A DNA stretch of 64,000 nucleotides from an uncultured delta proteobacterium. GTDB lineage: Bacteria > Myxococcota > UBA727 > VGSZ01. Under the pieces are notes generated by a model that did no database searches, was not told the origin of the DNA, and worked only from the letters and a program-made list of their open reading frames with translations. The position numbers were made by a program, and so were the translations under genes. The DNA lies in NCBI GenBank assembly GCA_963775425.1, contig CAVZJB010000003.1, positions 640,001 to 704,000 of the forward strand, given 5' to 3'. Shown piece after piece: positions 31,314-42,055 of this stretch; position 1 is the first letter of the stretch; every line of letters begins with the position of its first letter.

Positions 31314-33367
31314 CGCTTGAGGAACTTGCCGAAACCGGTGGGCTTCTTGTCCGCCTCGATCTTGCGCTGCAGCGCCCGCATGCCCTTGGTGGCGCCCATG
31401 TGCCGCGGATCGATCTCGAGCACCTTCTTGAAGGCGATGTTCGCGGTGCGGTTGTCGCCGATCTCGAGCGCGATCCAGCCCTGGAATTCCTTGAGCGCGA
31501 GCGCGCCAGGCTGCGCCTTGTAGTGCCCTTCGAGCTCCCGGATGATGAGCTGCCCGGCGCCGGCGGCCTTCGAGTGCAGGAACCAGTGGCAGTACTTCTG
31601 GTAGCCGAGCACCTCGTCGTTCTTCGGCATCACCGGCACGACCTTGTCGAGCAGCGAGAGCGCGCCCGCGAGCTCGCCGCGGTCGACGAGCTGGCGCGCG
31701 CGGTTCATGTCGTTTTCGGCCTGGAAGATGAGCTCGAGGTCGGAGGAGGCGCCCTGCTCGTCGAACTGCATCTTGGCCTCGTACTCGCCTCGCTTCTTCT
31801 CGTCGGAGAGGGTGGCGTACGCGGTCTGGATGGTCTGAAAGATGTGGTCGAGCTTCTTCTGGGCGGTGCCGAGGTTCAGGCCGGCGAAGGCGTCGGTGTG
31901 GAATTCCTTCGCGAGCGCGAAGTACGCCTTCTTCACCGCGCCGACGTCGGCGCCGCGGTTGATGCCGAGCATGGTGAAGTAGTCCTTGCCCTCGAGGTCT
32001 TCGAACTTGGCGGCGATCCGGCCGCGCGCCTCGTTCTCCTCGGGGGAGAACGCGGCGCCCTGGTCCGCGCTCTCGTCGATGACGGGTCGCCCGGCGCCCC
32101 GCATGCCCGGCGCCGTGCGCGGCGTCGACGGCGGCGGGTGCGTCTGCGACGCCGGCGCCCGTGGCCGCGCCGGCCGCGCCGGCGCCGGATCCAGGGACAC
32201 AGGCGCCTGCGAGCCGGTGTTCCCCGTGGACGCGGCGGTGGCCATGGGGATGACCTCGAGCGACGCGCGCACCGCCATCGTCGACATCAACAGGTAGATC
32301 TGGCGAAAGCGCGCCGCGCGCTCGCTGGGGTTGCCGGCGGCCTCGAGCATCATCGCGATGGTGGCGCGGCCGTTGATGGCGCGGGTGAGGCTGTCGCTGC
32401 CGCAGCCCTCGATGAGCCTGGGCGCCACCTCGCTCCATGCGTCGCCGGGCGCGAGGCGCAGCGGGCGGCGGGGGCTCACGTGCGCGTCGAGCTCGCGCTC
32501 ACCGGTGCGGCGCAAGCCCGCGAGGAGCGGCTCGATGATCGGGCACGCCGCCGACGGGACGAGGTTGGTGAAGCCGTCGGTGGCCACCCAGCGGAAGCGC
32601 CCGTTGAACGCCACCACCTTCTCGAGGACGCGCGGGATGAGCGCTTTGTACGCGCTCTTGGCGTCGTGGTCGGACATCCACCCTTCGCCCTTCAACACGT
32701 CGTAGAGGCCGATGCTGCGCTGCACGGCGAGCTCGACGGCCTGGCGATAGCTGTCCGCGTCGATGACGCCGGCCCTGACGAGCTCGACGCCGACGTTGAT
32801 CTGCGGGTCGCTGTGCTGGGCGAGGACCGCGCGTCCCTTGTAGACGAACACGCGGGCGCGCTCGCCGGGCGTGTCGCCGAACAGCTCGAGGACGCCGGTG
32901 TGCATCTCCCGGGCGGCCCGCCACAGGAGATACAGCGCGGGGTTCTCGACGAGCGAGCCCTCCGCCGGCAGCGGCTGCTGATCCGCGGGCGGCGCGCCGG
33001 CGAAGATGAGGGGGCGCACGGCGTCGATGAGGCGCTGGGCGTCGAAGGGCTTGGTGAGGTACGCCTTGGCGCCGTAGTTGTCTCGTGCGTCCTTTTGCTG
33101 GTCCGGGCTCTTGAAGACGCCGCTGATGAAGATGATGGGCGTGTCCAGGCCGCGGCCGCGGACGAACTTGGCGACGTCGAAGCCCTGCACCTTGGGCAGC
33201 AGGCAGTCGAGGATGATGACCTGCGCGGCGTCGGGTTGGTCGAGGGCGTCCATGGCCGCCTGGCCGTTGGGCACGGCGTTGACCTCGTAGCCCTCGGCGC
33301 GAAGCGTCTCGGCCAGCGTATCGCGGAGGTTTCCGTCGTCCTCCGCCAACAGGATCTTCGCAGCCAT
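31310..33367 (-). CDS. Response regulator with REC, DUF4388-like, J-domain and TPR modules
   Basis: ILLAEDD / ILDCLLP / YLTKPF receiver; DYFTMLGI...VKKAYFALAKEFHTD J-domain; C-terminal TPR-like helices. Confidence 0.88.
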   Translation of the reverse strand: MAAKILLAEDDGNLRDTLAETLRAEGYEVNAVPNGQAAMDALDQPDAAQVIILDCLLPKVQGFDVAKFVRGRGLDTPIIFISGVFKSPDQQKDARDNYGAKAYLTKPFDAQRLIDAVRPLIFAGAPPADQQPLPAEGSLVENPALYLLWRAAREMHTGVLELFGDTPGERARVFVYKGRAVLAQHSDPQINVGVELVRAGVIDADSYRQAVELAVQRSIGLYDVLKGEGWMSDHDAKSAYKALIPRVLEKVVAFNGRFRWVATDGFTNLVPSAACPIIEPLLAGLRRTGERELDAHVSPRRPLRLAPGDAWSEVAPRLIEGCGSDSLTRAINGRATIAMMLEAAGNPSERAARFRQIYLLMSTMAVRASLEVIPMATAASTGNTGSQAPVSLDPAPARPARPRAPASQTHPPPSTPRTAPGMRGAGRPVIDESADQGAAFSPEENEARGRIAAKFEDLEGKDYFTMLGINRGADVGAVKKAYFALAKEFHTDAFAGLNLGTAQKKLDHIFQTIQTAYATLSDEKKRGEYEAKMQFDEQGASSDLELIFQAENDMNRARQLVDRGELAGALSLLDKVVPVMPKNDEVLGYQKYCHWFLHSKAAGAGQLIIRELEGHYKAQPGALALKEFQGWIALEIGDNRTANIAFKKVLEIDPRHMGATKGMRALQRKIEADKKPTGFGKFLKR

Positions 33368-33377
33368 CGTCTCCCTT

Positions 33378-35939
33378 CTACCTCACCCGCACGCGCATGG
33401 GCGCGACCGCCAGGGGGCGACCCTCGCTTTCGACGGCGAGGGCGAGGGCGTCGGGGTCGCCGAGGAGCAGGCGCACGGCGCGCTCCAGGGAGGCGGCCCG
33501 GGCGCCGCCGGCGGCGACCTCGGCCAGCCCGGCGAGCTTCAACAGGCTGCTCTCCCGACCGGTGAGGACGTCGAGGCCGACCTCCTCGTCGGGCCCGAGC
33601 GCCGCGCGCTTCCTGGCCTCCTGGAGCGCGTCGCCGATGCCGCCGATGGTGTCCACGAGCTTGCGCTCCTTGGCCTCCGCGCCGGTCCACACGTGGCCCT
33701 GGGCGATGGGCTCGAGGGTCTCCTTGTCGAGGCCGGAGACCTTGCCGCGGCCGGTGACGACGGCCTCGAGGAAGTGCTGGTAGGTGGCGTCGACGCTGCC
33801 CTGGAGGGCGGCGCGCTCGTCCTCGTTGAGGCCGTGCAGCAAGGACGGCCCGGGGAGCTTGCCTCGCTGGAGCTGGACGTTGCGCACGCCCCAGTCGTCG
33901 GCGAGCCGCTCGACGTTGAACATGAGGCCGAACACGCCGATGGATCCGGTGATGGTGTTCGGCTCGGCGAAGATCTCCTGCGCCGCCGACGCGACGTAGT
34001 AGCCGCCCGAGGCCGCGACGTCGCCCATGGACGCGATCACGGGCTTCTTTTCGCGCGCCTTCATCACCGCGTGCCAGATGAGGTCGGACGCGAGCGCGTC
34101 TCCGCCGGGCGAGTCGATGCGCAGGACGATGGCCTTGACGTTGTCGTCGTTGGCGGCGTCGTTGACCGAGTCGATGATGGTGGAGGACCCGGCGCCGCCG
34201 CCGCCGAACAGCCCGCCGCGGCCGTCGCCCATGGTGATGTCGCCGACGACGGGGATGAGCGCGATGCGCGGTGGGTCGTCCCAGCGCACCTCGTGGGTGG
34301 TGGGGTCGAGGAAGTCCTCCTCGAAATTCACGGCGTGCCCGGCGAGGTCCTTCACCTTGTCCTGGAGCTCGTCCTCGTACGCGAGGCCGTCGACGATCTT
34401 CTTGTCGACGGCCTGCTGCGCGGTGAGCCCGCCGAGGTCGATGACGGCCTTGACGTCGTCGACCGAGAGGCCGCGGCCCTTGGCCACCATCTCGGTGAGG
34501 GCGCCGAAGACGCCGTCGAGGAGCGCGTCTTCCACCTGGAGCTCTTCGGGCGACGGCTCGTCGGAGGTGAACGTCCGCGGCGCGCTCTTGTAGCGGCCGG
34601 CGGTGACGGCCTCCGCCTCGACGCCAACCTTGTCCAGGGTGTCGCCGAAGTAGGTGAGGTCGGCGCGCAGGCCGTTGAGCTCGAGGCCGCCGGAGGGCGT
34701 GAGGTAGATCTTGTCCGCGACGGAGGCGAGGTAGACGTCCGCGTCGTCGCCGCCGTCGAGGTGCACGACGACCTTCTTGCCCGAGGCCCGCATCTTCTCG
34801 AGCACCGCGCGGATCTCCGCGAGCCGCCCCCAGCCAAGGGACATGCCCTTCACGCGCAGGACGACGCCCTCGACGGACGGGTCCTCGGCCACGTGGCGCA
34901 GCCCATTGAGGACCGCGATGGCCTGCGGGCGCTCGCCGAAGAGCTGGTTGAGGATGCCGTGATCCTTGTCGACGGGCACGCCCTCGCCGGTGAGCGTCAT
35001 GGTGAGCCAGCGGCCGCTCGACGGGAACAGCCCCGGGTACTGCGCGCCCGAGGCGCGCAGGCGCACGCCGGCGAGGCCCTGCTGGCCGGCCGCGAGGATG
35101 CCGCCGGCTCCGCCCGACGCCGCGAGGCCGATGTGCTCGCCGTTGAGCTCGATGGTGCCGAGGACCTCGAGCTCGGTGGGGCTCGCGGTGTGCGCGCCGA
35201 CGTTTTTGAGGTTGGCGCCGACGCTGAAGGCGAGGCCGCCGAGGTCGAGGCGGACGACGGCGGCGGGGACGACGGTGAGGTCGCTGGCCCAGGCGGAGGA
35301 GGCGATGTTGCGGGAGCCCGGGACCACGCGGGCGTCGGCGCCGACGGTGAGCAGCTCGGTGAAGGGCCGGATGGAGACGCCCACGCGCGCGCTGGTGGGG
35401 ACGATGTCCTGGTTGCCGAGCCCCTCGAGCTCGGCGCCCAAAGCGAGCCAACGCGACGGCCGCAGCTGCGTGCCCACGTCGACGAGGAAGTCGGGCCGGC
35501 CGCCGCCCGCGAGGGGCGTGTACGTGTGGAGGCCGACGCCGAGGGAGACGGCGCGGCCGGCGCCGACGGCGAGGCCGGCGGAGGTCCGCAGGCGCGGGAC
35601 GTCGTTCAAGGGGACGGTGAGGCCGCCGCCGAGGGCGAGCCCGAAGCCGTCGCCGGGGACGAGGGCGACGGTGCCGTCGACGTCGGTGGCGCCGACGTTG
35701 TCGCCCGCGCGCAGGAAGGCGCCGAGGTTGAGCTCGCTGCCCTCCATCATCGCGAGGCCGGCGGGGTTCACCATCAGCGCGGTGGCGTCCTCGACGGCGG
35801 CGGACTGCGCCTGCGGATAGTCGATGCCCGTGCGCGGGTCCGGCACCCCTTGCGCGCGCGCTTCGACGGCTGTGGCGGAGAGGACGAGGGCGGCCAGCGC
35901 GAACGAGGCGCGCGGCGCGGGGAGGGGGGGACGCGGCAT
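33378..35939 (-). CDS. sppA: Signal peptide peptidase SppA (S49) with N-terminal beta-strand-rich domain
   Basis: AGRYKSA, LRIDSPGG, SMGDVAASGGYY, TITGSIGV; signal peptide and ~270-aa amphipathic-strand N-domain. Confidence 0.92.
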   Translation of the reverse strand: MPRPPLPAPRASFALAALVLSATAVEARAQGVPDPRTGIDYPQAQSAAVEDATALMVNPAGLAMMEGSELNLGAFLRAGDNVGATDVDGTVALVPGDGFGLALGGGLTVPLNDVPRLRTSAGLAVGAGRAVSLGVGLHTYTPLAGGGRPDFLVDVGTQLRPSRWLALGAELEGLGNQDIVPTSARVGVSIRPFTELLTVGADARVVPGSRNIASSAWASDLTVVPAAVVRLDLGGLAFSVGANLKNVGAHTASPTELEVLGTIELNGEHIGLAASGGAGGILAAGQQGLAGVRLRASGAQYPGLFPSSGRWLTMTLTGEGVPVDKDHGILNQLFGERPQAIAVLNGLRHVAEDPSVEGVVLRVKGMSLGWGRLAEIRAVLEKMRASGKKVVVHLDGGDDADVYLASVADKIYLTPSGGLELNGLRADLTYFGDTLDKVGVEAEAVTAGRYKSAPRTFTSDEPSPEELQVEDALLDGVFGALTEMVAKGRGLSVDDVKAVIDLGGLTAQQAVDKKIVDGLAYEDELQDKVKDLAGHAVNFEEDFLDPTTHEVRWDDPPRIALIPVVGDITMGDGRGGLFGGGGAGSSTIIDSVNDAANDDNVKAIVLRIDSPGGDALASDLIWHAVMKAREKKPVIASMGDVAASGGYYVASAAQEIFAEPNTITGSIGVFGLMFNVERLADDWGVRNVQLQRGKLPGPSLLHGLNEDERAALQGSVDATYQHFLEAVVTGRGKVSGLDKETLEPIAQGHVWTGAEAKERKLVDTIGGIGDALQEARKRAALGPDEEVGLDVLTGRESSLLKLAGLAEVAAGGARAASLERAVRLLLGDPDALALAVESEGRPLAVAPMRVRVR

Positions 35940-36047
35940 GGCGCATCGTTCACGCGGTCCGCCTCGGTGTCAACGCTCGCATCGCTGACAGAGCGCCCCC
36001 GATCGCCGCGCCCCGCCCACGCGATTGGGGCGCGCTATGGTGCACGG

Positions 36048-37214
36048 GTGAGCGGCGACGACGAGTCGGGCATCTCCGTGCGAACCGACGTGCATGCCCT
36101 CGTCGTCCGGGGCGCGAGCCGCGACGATGCGACGGGACGAAAGCGCATCGAGCGGGCCGCGCTCGACGTCAAGGGCATCCTCGTCGCCATGCGCGACGAT
36201 GACGGCGTGCCCGTGCTCGCCCTGCCCGCGCAGGGCGGTGACGGCGCCGGCGCGTCCCCGGGGCGAGCCGAGGTCGTCGAGGGGCAGCGCGAGGGGAGGT
36301 CCTGGCGCCTCGAGGTCGCCGTCGGCCGCGCGCTCACCGTCGGCGAGCGGGACGCCCTCGGGCGCGGCGTCGAGCAGCTCCTGTGGCCGCCGCTTCCGCC
36401 CGTGCGGCGGGTGCACCACCTGAGCTGCCTGACGATGTGCCCCCTCGGCGGACGCCTGTGGAACGAGCACGGCAAGCTCGTGTGCCACTGCCTGCTCGTC
36501 GAGACGGCCGAGGGCCTCGTCCTCGTCGACACCGGCCTCGGGGTCGCGGCCTTCGCCGACCTCCGGCGCTTCAGCGGCCCGGCGTTCCGCGGCGTCTACC
36601 GTCCCGTGCACGAGCCCGACGCGTCCGCCGTTCGGCAGGTCGAGCGCCTCGGCTACGCCGTCGACGACGTGCGCCATATCGTGCTCACGCACCTCGACGT
36701 CGACCACGCCGGCGGCCTCGCCGACTTCCCGAACGCCACGGTCCACGTCTCCGCCGACGAGCGGCGGGCGGCCGAGGAGCCGCGCACCTTCTTCGAGCGG
36801 CAGCGCTACGTGCCGGCGCAGTGGGCGCACGACGTCAGGTGGCAGCTCCACGAGGTGAAGGGCGAGCGCTGGTACGGCTTCCCCTGCGTCCGCGACCTCC
36901 CCGGGCTGCCGCCCGAGATCCTCCTCGTTCCGCTCGTCGGGCACACCCGCGGCCACTGCGGCGTCGCCGTCGACGTCGGCGGCCGTTGGCTGCTCCACTG
37001 CGGCGACGCCTACTTCCACAAGGACGAGATGGACGCCGCCGACCCCTGGTGCCCCGCCGCCCTTCGGCTGCACCAGCGCCTGATGGCCGTCGACGACGTC
37101 GCCCGCAGGAGGAACCAGGCGCGCCTCAGGGAGCTTCAGCGCGGGGTGGGGGACGGCGTCACGGTCTTGTGCGCCCACGACCCCGACGACCTTGCCCGCC
37201 TGCGGCAGGGATGA
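36048..37214 (+). CDS. MBL-fold metallo-hydrolase (alternative start near 36402)
   Basis: LVDTG, THLDVDHAGG (HxDxDH), GHTRGH, GDAY, CAHD. Confidence 0.88.
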   Translation: MSGDDESGISVRTDVHALVVRGASRDDATGRKRIERAALDVKGILVAMRDDDGVPVLALPAQGGDGAGASPGRAEVVEGQREGRSWRLEVAVGRALTVGERDALGRGVEQLLWPPLPPVRRVHHLSCLTMCPLGGRLWNEHGKLVCHCLLVETAEGLVLVDTGLGVAAFADLRRFSGPAFRGVYRPVHEPDASAVRQVERLGYAVDDVRHIVLTHLDVDHAGGLADFPNATVHVSADERRAAEEPRTFFERQRYVPAQWAHDVRWQLHEVKGERWYGFPCVRDLPGLPPEILLVPLVGHTRGHCGVAVDVGGRWLLHCGDAYFHKDEMDAADPWCPAALRLHQRLMAVDDVARRRNQARLRELQRGVGDGVTVLCAHDPDDLARLRQG

Positions 37215-37226
37215 CAGACCGCCCGC

Positions 37227-38327
<1,101 letters not shown>

Positions 38328-38330
<3 letters not shown>

Positions 38331-38846
38331 AAGGCTGACGAAAAACAAGGCTCGTAGCAGCACTCGGCGAAGCCGCCCACGAGCCGCGCGGAGTACGTGG
38401 CGAGGCACGTCGGCGCGCAAGAACCGCTGCAGGTTGTGGGAGACGGCGGGTCCGAGCGGTGTTGTGATCCCGCTATCAGCGCACGTGGCGGGTTCGTGCG
38501 GGTCGTGTGCGCGCCGACGTGCCTCGATGCGACGTCGGCGCGGACTTCAGGCGGTGAGCTTCGCGAGGTTCTGCAGCAGGTTGAAGGCCACGGCTGTCCA
38601 TCAGGGTGAGGAGCTTGTCGAACGCGGCGCCGTGATCGACGCGGAACCTGGCGATGACGTCGTGACTCGGGCGCAGATCGCCGACGATAAAACGGAAGGC
38701 GTCGTCGTTCGTCGTCAGCCGCGCGATCTCCCGGGCGCTCCCGATCCCTTGGCCTATCGCGTACAGCCACAGCGTCAGGAGCATCCGCGGGCTCCGCCGT
38801 GTGGCCGTAGCACCGTCCCCTTCCGAGTGAGCGGCGTGACGAGCCT
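38328..38846 (-). mobile_element. Internally deleted IS1182-family element, copy 3 (DUF772-like N-terminal fragment joined to C-terminal tip)
   Basis: MLLTLWLYAIGQGIGSAREIARL...FRFIVG...HDVIARFR; shares terminal blocks with copies 1 and 2. Far boundary approximate. Confidence 0.85.
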
Positions 38847-38857
38847 AGCGGCGTGAC

Positions 38858-38931
38858 GACATTCTCGGCGGGACGACGTGTTCGCTGACGAGGACGTGGT
38901 GCCCCGCCGCGAATGTCTACGCCGCGCCCCT
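38858..38931. repeat. REP-like imperfect palindrome, copy B
   Basis: GACATTCTCGGCGGG...GTGCCCCGCCGCGAATGTC, similar to 29542-29614. Confidence 0.7.
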
Positions 38932-39096
38932 TCGGCGCCTCTCTCGCGTGCGGCTCCTCCCGGCGCCGCGCCCGCCGCCCCTCGCGTCCGAGCAGGCAGT
39001 CCCGCGCGCGTTGCCGATGGATCGCATCGCTCGTCACCCTTTGACCGGCGGGGCCCCAAGCGGCCGCGTAGGGCGGGGGCTTGTCCCCCGCCTCGC

Positions 39097-39552
39097 TCAC
39101 ACCTTCAGCGACGAGAAGATGGCCAGGTACTCCTTGCGGGAGTCCTGGTAGGGGATGCCGGCCATCTGCGAGGCCGAGAGCGTGAAGGCGGTGGTGCCCT
39201 TCACGACGTAGGCCGTCATCGCCTGGAGCAGCCGGCCCTCGGGCCCCGCCGACTGGATCTCGAGGAGCGGGCACTCCTCGCCGCCGACCGCGACGGTGCT
39301 GCGCTTCATGAGCTGGAAGTTCTGCAGCCCGCCCTTCATGGCGGTGAGCTGGGCCTCGGCATACGCGTCGACGCTGGTGCCCGCCGGGACCTCTTCGGTG
39401 GCGACGGTGACGTTGCGCGCGAAGGTCTGCTCTTGCTTGGTCACCATCATGCCCGCCTTGGGCTTTGCCTTCTCGGGCGCCGTGATGACGAACATGCGGG
39501 GCGTGTAGTCGTCCGGGGTCTCGAACGCGAGCGGACCGAGCTTGAACTCCAT
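39097..39552 (-). CDS. DcrB/DUF1795 (PsbP/Mog1-fold)-like protein
   Basis: FARNVTVATE, VDAYAEAQL..MK..LQNFQL, AFTLSAS, IFSSLKV pattern. Confidence 0.7.
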   Translation of the reverse strand: MEFKLGPLAFETPDDYTPRMFVITAPEKAKPKAGMMVTKQEQTFARNVTVATEEVPAGTSVDAYAEAQLTAMKGGLQNFQLMKRSTVAVGGEECPLLEIQSAGPEGRLLQAMTAYVVKGTTAFTLSASQMAGIPYQDSRKEYLAIFSSLKV

Positions 39553-39595
39553 ATCGAACCTCGGGGGGAAGGGGACCACGCCCGCAAAGGGGGCG

Positions 39596-41368
39596 TCAAG
39601 TCACCTTCATCGTGTCCCAAGCGACCATGCCCATGGGGCTGACCTCGACGTTGCCGTTCATGTCGCCGACGCGGCCGCGCACGGTGTAGCGCCCGTCCGC
39701 GGTCTTGTTGTCGTCGACGTCGACGCCGGAGGTGCCGACCTTGAGGCCGATCATGTCCTTGTACGTCTCGAACGCCTTGCCGCCGACGTACTTGGCGAAC
39801 TTGGGCCCGAGGTCGATCTTCATGGAGTCGGCGTCCACGTGGCCGGCGTCGTCCACCTTCACGCTGAAATTGCCCTCGGAGCCGATGCCGAGGAACGACA
39901 GGATGCCGCCCTTGAAGCGCCCCGAGACCTCGAAGCCGCCGCCCTCGAGCGGCGTGGTCTTGATGCCCTTGGCGACGGGCGCGTCCTTGATCTCGTTGAA
40001 CGACGGGACGACGGTCCCCCAGAGCACGTCGAAGGCCAGCTTGGCCTGCTTGACGGCGACGTCGGGCGTGGCCACGAGCTTGGGCTCGAGCTCCGCGGAG
40101 AGCTTGGCCGCCGGGCCCGCCACCTGGTCCTCGAGGATTTGGATCTGCTCGGGCTTGAGCGGGATGTTGTTGGCGACGGTGGCGAGCATCGAGAGCGCGT
40201 CCATCGAGAGCGTGCCGAGCTCGCCCTGGGTCGCGTGGTAGATCTGGATCATCGCCGCGGCCTCGCCGCGCTCGGTCTCGCTGGCCTTCCCGCCGTTTTG
40301 CTTCAGGTGCTCCACGAGCTGTTCGCTCGACGTGGCGAGCTGCCGGAGGAACACGAGCTTCTGACCGTCGGGGTAGTTCACGTACGTCGACAGCGCGATC
40401 TTGGCGACGCCGTCGAGCTTGCCGGCGTCGAGCGCGTGCGCGCGCAGGTCGAAGACGGCCTTGCGCGCCTCGGTCTCGGTGAGCTGCCCCTTGTCGAGCT
40501 TGTCGGCGATGGGGCCGAGGCCCTCGAGGTACTTGGCCGCGATGTCGATGAAGGGTTGCTCGAGCGGGCCTATCGGCGTGCCCGACGACGCGCGCGCCTG
40601 GACCACCATGTCGCCGAGCGCGGCCTCTCGCTTGAGCCGATCGAGGAGGCTGCCCTCCGTGTCGAGGAGCACGTCACCCTGGGCGGCGCGCGAGGTGAGG
40701 AGCATGGCCTCCGAGGTCACCTCCTCGCCCTTGTCGGCGTTCACGCCGAGCTTGCTGTTTTCGAGGAAGGCGGCCGTGCCGATCTTCTCCTGCACCTTCT
40801 TGCCGACGGTCATGCCGAAGGTGGTGGAGGCGCCCAGGGCCGCGAGCGCGCCGAGGGGCCCGCCGATGGCGATGGCGGCGCCGTAGCCAAGCACGAGCGT
40901 GGGCAGCATGCCGCCCATGGAGGCGAGGCCCCACTTGGCCTTCCTCGCGAAGCCGCTCTGCAGGAGGTTGGTCTGGTCCTTGTGGGGCGTGACGAACGAG
41001 TCCCACTGCTCCGCGGGGATGACGCCGAGGTCCCGCAGCTTGTTCAGCGTGTCGTTCTCGGCGTAGCTGAGCTCTCCGACGAGGTCGAGGAAGCCCTTGG
41101 TCTGCTCCGGGGTCCACTCGAGCTTCTCGCCGCCCTCCACGCGCTTGACGACGTCGCCGAGCACGCGGGCCACGATGGGGAACTCGTTTTGGATGCGCGC
41201 GTTCAACAGGACGTCTTTGGCCTTTTGCAGCACGGCCTTGTCGTCGTCGTTGAAGCCGTAGCTGCCCTCGGCGGTCTTGATGCCGTCGGTGCCCTTGCGG
41301 AGCTGGTTCTCCGTGACGGCGAGGTTCTGGCTGATGACCTTGGGCGGCGTGCGGTTGCTGATCGGCAT
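39596..41368 (-). CDS. Hypothetical 590-aa protein with central Gly/Ala-rich hydrophobic hairpin
   Basis: Strong GC3 coding bias; WGLASMGGMLPTLVLGYGAAIAIGGPLGALAALGASTTFG; no Sec signal. Confidence 0.85.
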   Translation of the reverse strand: MPISNRTPPKVISQNLAVTENQLRKGTDGIKTAEGSYGFNDDDKAVLQKAKDVLLNARIQNEFPIVARVLGDVVKRVEGGEKLEWTPEQTKGFLDLVGELSYAENDTLNKLRDLGVIPAEQWDSFVTPHKDQTNLLQSGFARKAKWGLASMGGMLPTLVLGYGAAIAIGGPLGALAALGASTTFGMTVGKKVQEKIGTAAFLENSKLGVNADKGEEVTSEAMLLTSRAAQGDVLLDTEGSLLDRLKREAALGDMVVQARASSGTPIGPLEQPFIDIAAKYLEGLGPIADKLDKGQLTETEARKAVFDLRAHALDAGKLDGVAKIALSTYVNYPDGQKLVFLRQLATSSEQLVEHLKQNGGKASETERGEAAAMIQIYHATQGELGTLSMDALSMLATVANNIPLKPEQIQILEDQVAGPAAKLSAELEPKLVATPDVAVKQAKLAFDVLWGTVVPSFNEIKDAPVAKGIKTTPLEGGGFEVSGRFKGGILSFLGIGSEGNFSVKVDDAGHVDADSMKIDLGPKFAKYVGGKAFETYKDMIGLKVGTSGVDVDDNKTADGRYTVRGRVGDMNGNVEVSPMGMVAWDTMKVT

Positions 41369-41472
41369 CGAGGCTCCCCGGGTTCGTGCGGGCTGTGCGG
41401 ACGACGGCTAGGCAGACGACAAAGAGCCGCCATCCCTTCGGATGGCGGCTCCCTGCGCTGGGCGAGGGTCGC

Positions 41473-41856
41473 TCAGTCGCCCTTCTTGGCGGCGTCGATC
41501 AGGTTCGCCGCGATCTCGAGCGCGTTCTTCACGGCGATGCCCGAGGCGACGAGGCCGGCCGCGGTGAACACGCCGATGGCGATGGCCTGGTCGGTGCCCG
41601 AGGTGTTGGGCTTGAGGGGGCCGACGACGTCCTGGCCGTTGATGGCCTTGATGGCCTCGTCGAACGAGTGGTACGCCACCCAGGTCGAGCCGGCGACGAG
41701 GACGCCTTCCTTGACGTTGCCGCTGACGACGTCGATGCCGGCCTTGGCCAGGCTCGCGAGGCCCTTGGCGCCGGCCTCACCGGTCTTCTCGCTGTTCTTG
41801 CCGAGCTGGCGGAGGACGTCGGAGGCGCTGTTGCGGTTCAGATTGTTGACGGGCAT
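41473..41856 (-). CDS. Hypothetical 127-aa protein with two hydrophobic segments
   Basis: AGGAG RBS, GC3 bias, AIAIGVFTAAGLVASGIAV; no Sec signal. Confidence 0.8.
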   Translation of the reverse strand: MPVNNLNRNSASDVLRQLGKNSEKTGEAGAKGLASLAKAGIDVVSGNVKEGVLVAGSTWVAYHSFDEAIKAINGQDVVGPLKPNTSGTDQAIAIGVFTAAGLVASGIAVKNALEIAANLIDAAKKGD

Positions 41857-42055
41857 TCTTTTCTCTCCTGGTTGGGTCCGTGGACCCGTTCTTTGAAACG
41901 ACGTTGGCCCACGGGCCTCGGTCGGCTGTACATAGCGCGAACCCGCTCAGATTGGCCCAAGCTGCCCGCACGCGATTTCGTGCAGAGTGTCGGGGGAAAT
42001 ATCCTACATGTTGCGCAGCAGATCCCAGCGCGACGCGTCAAAGACGGATGCGCCC

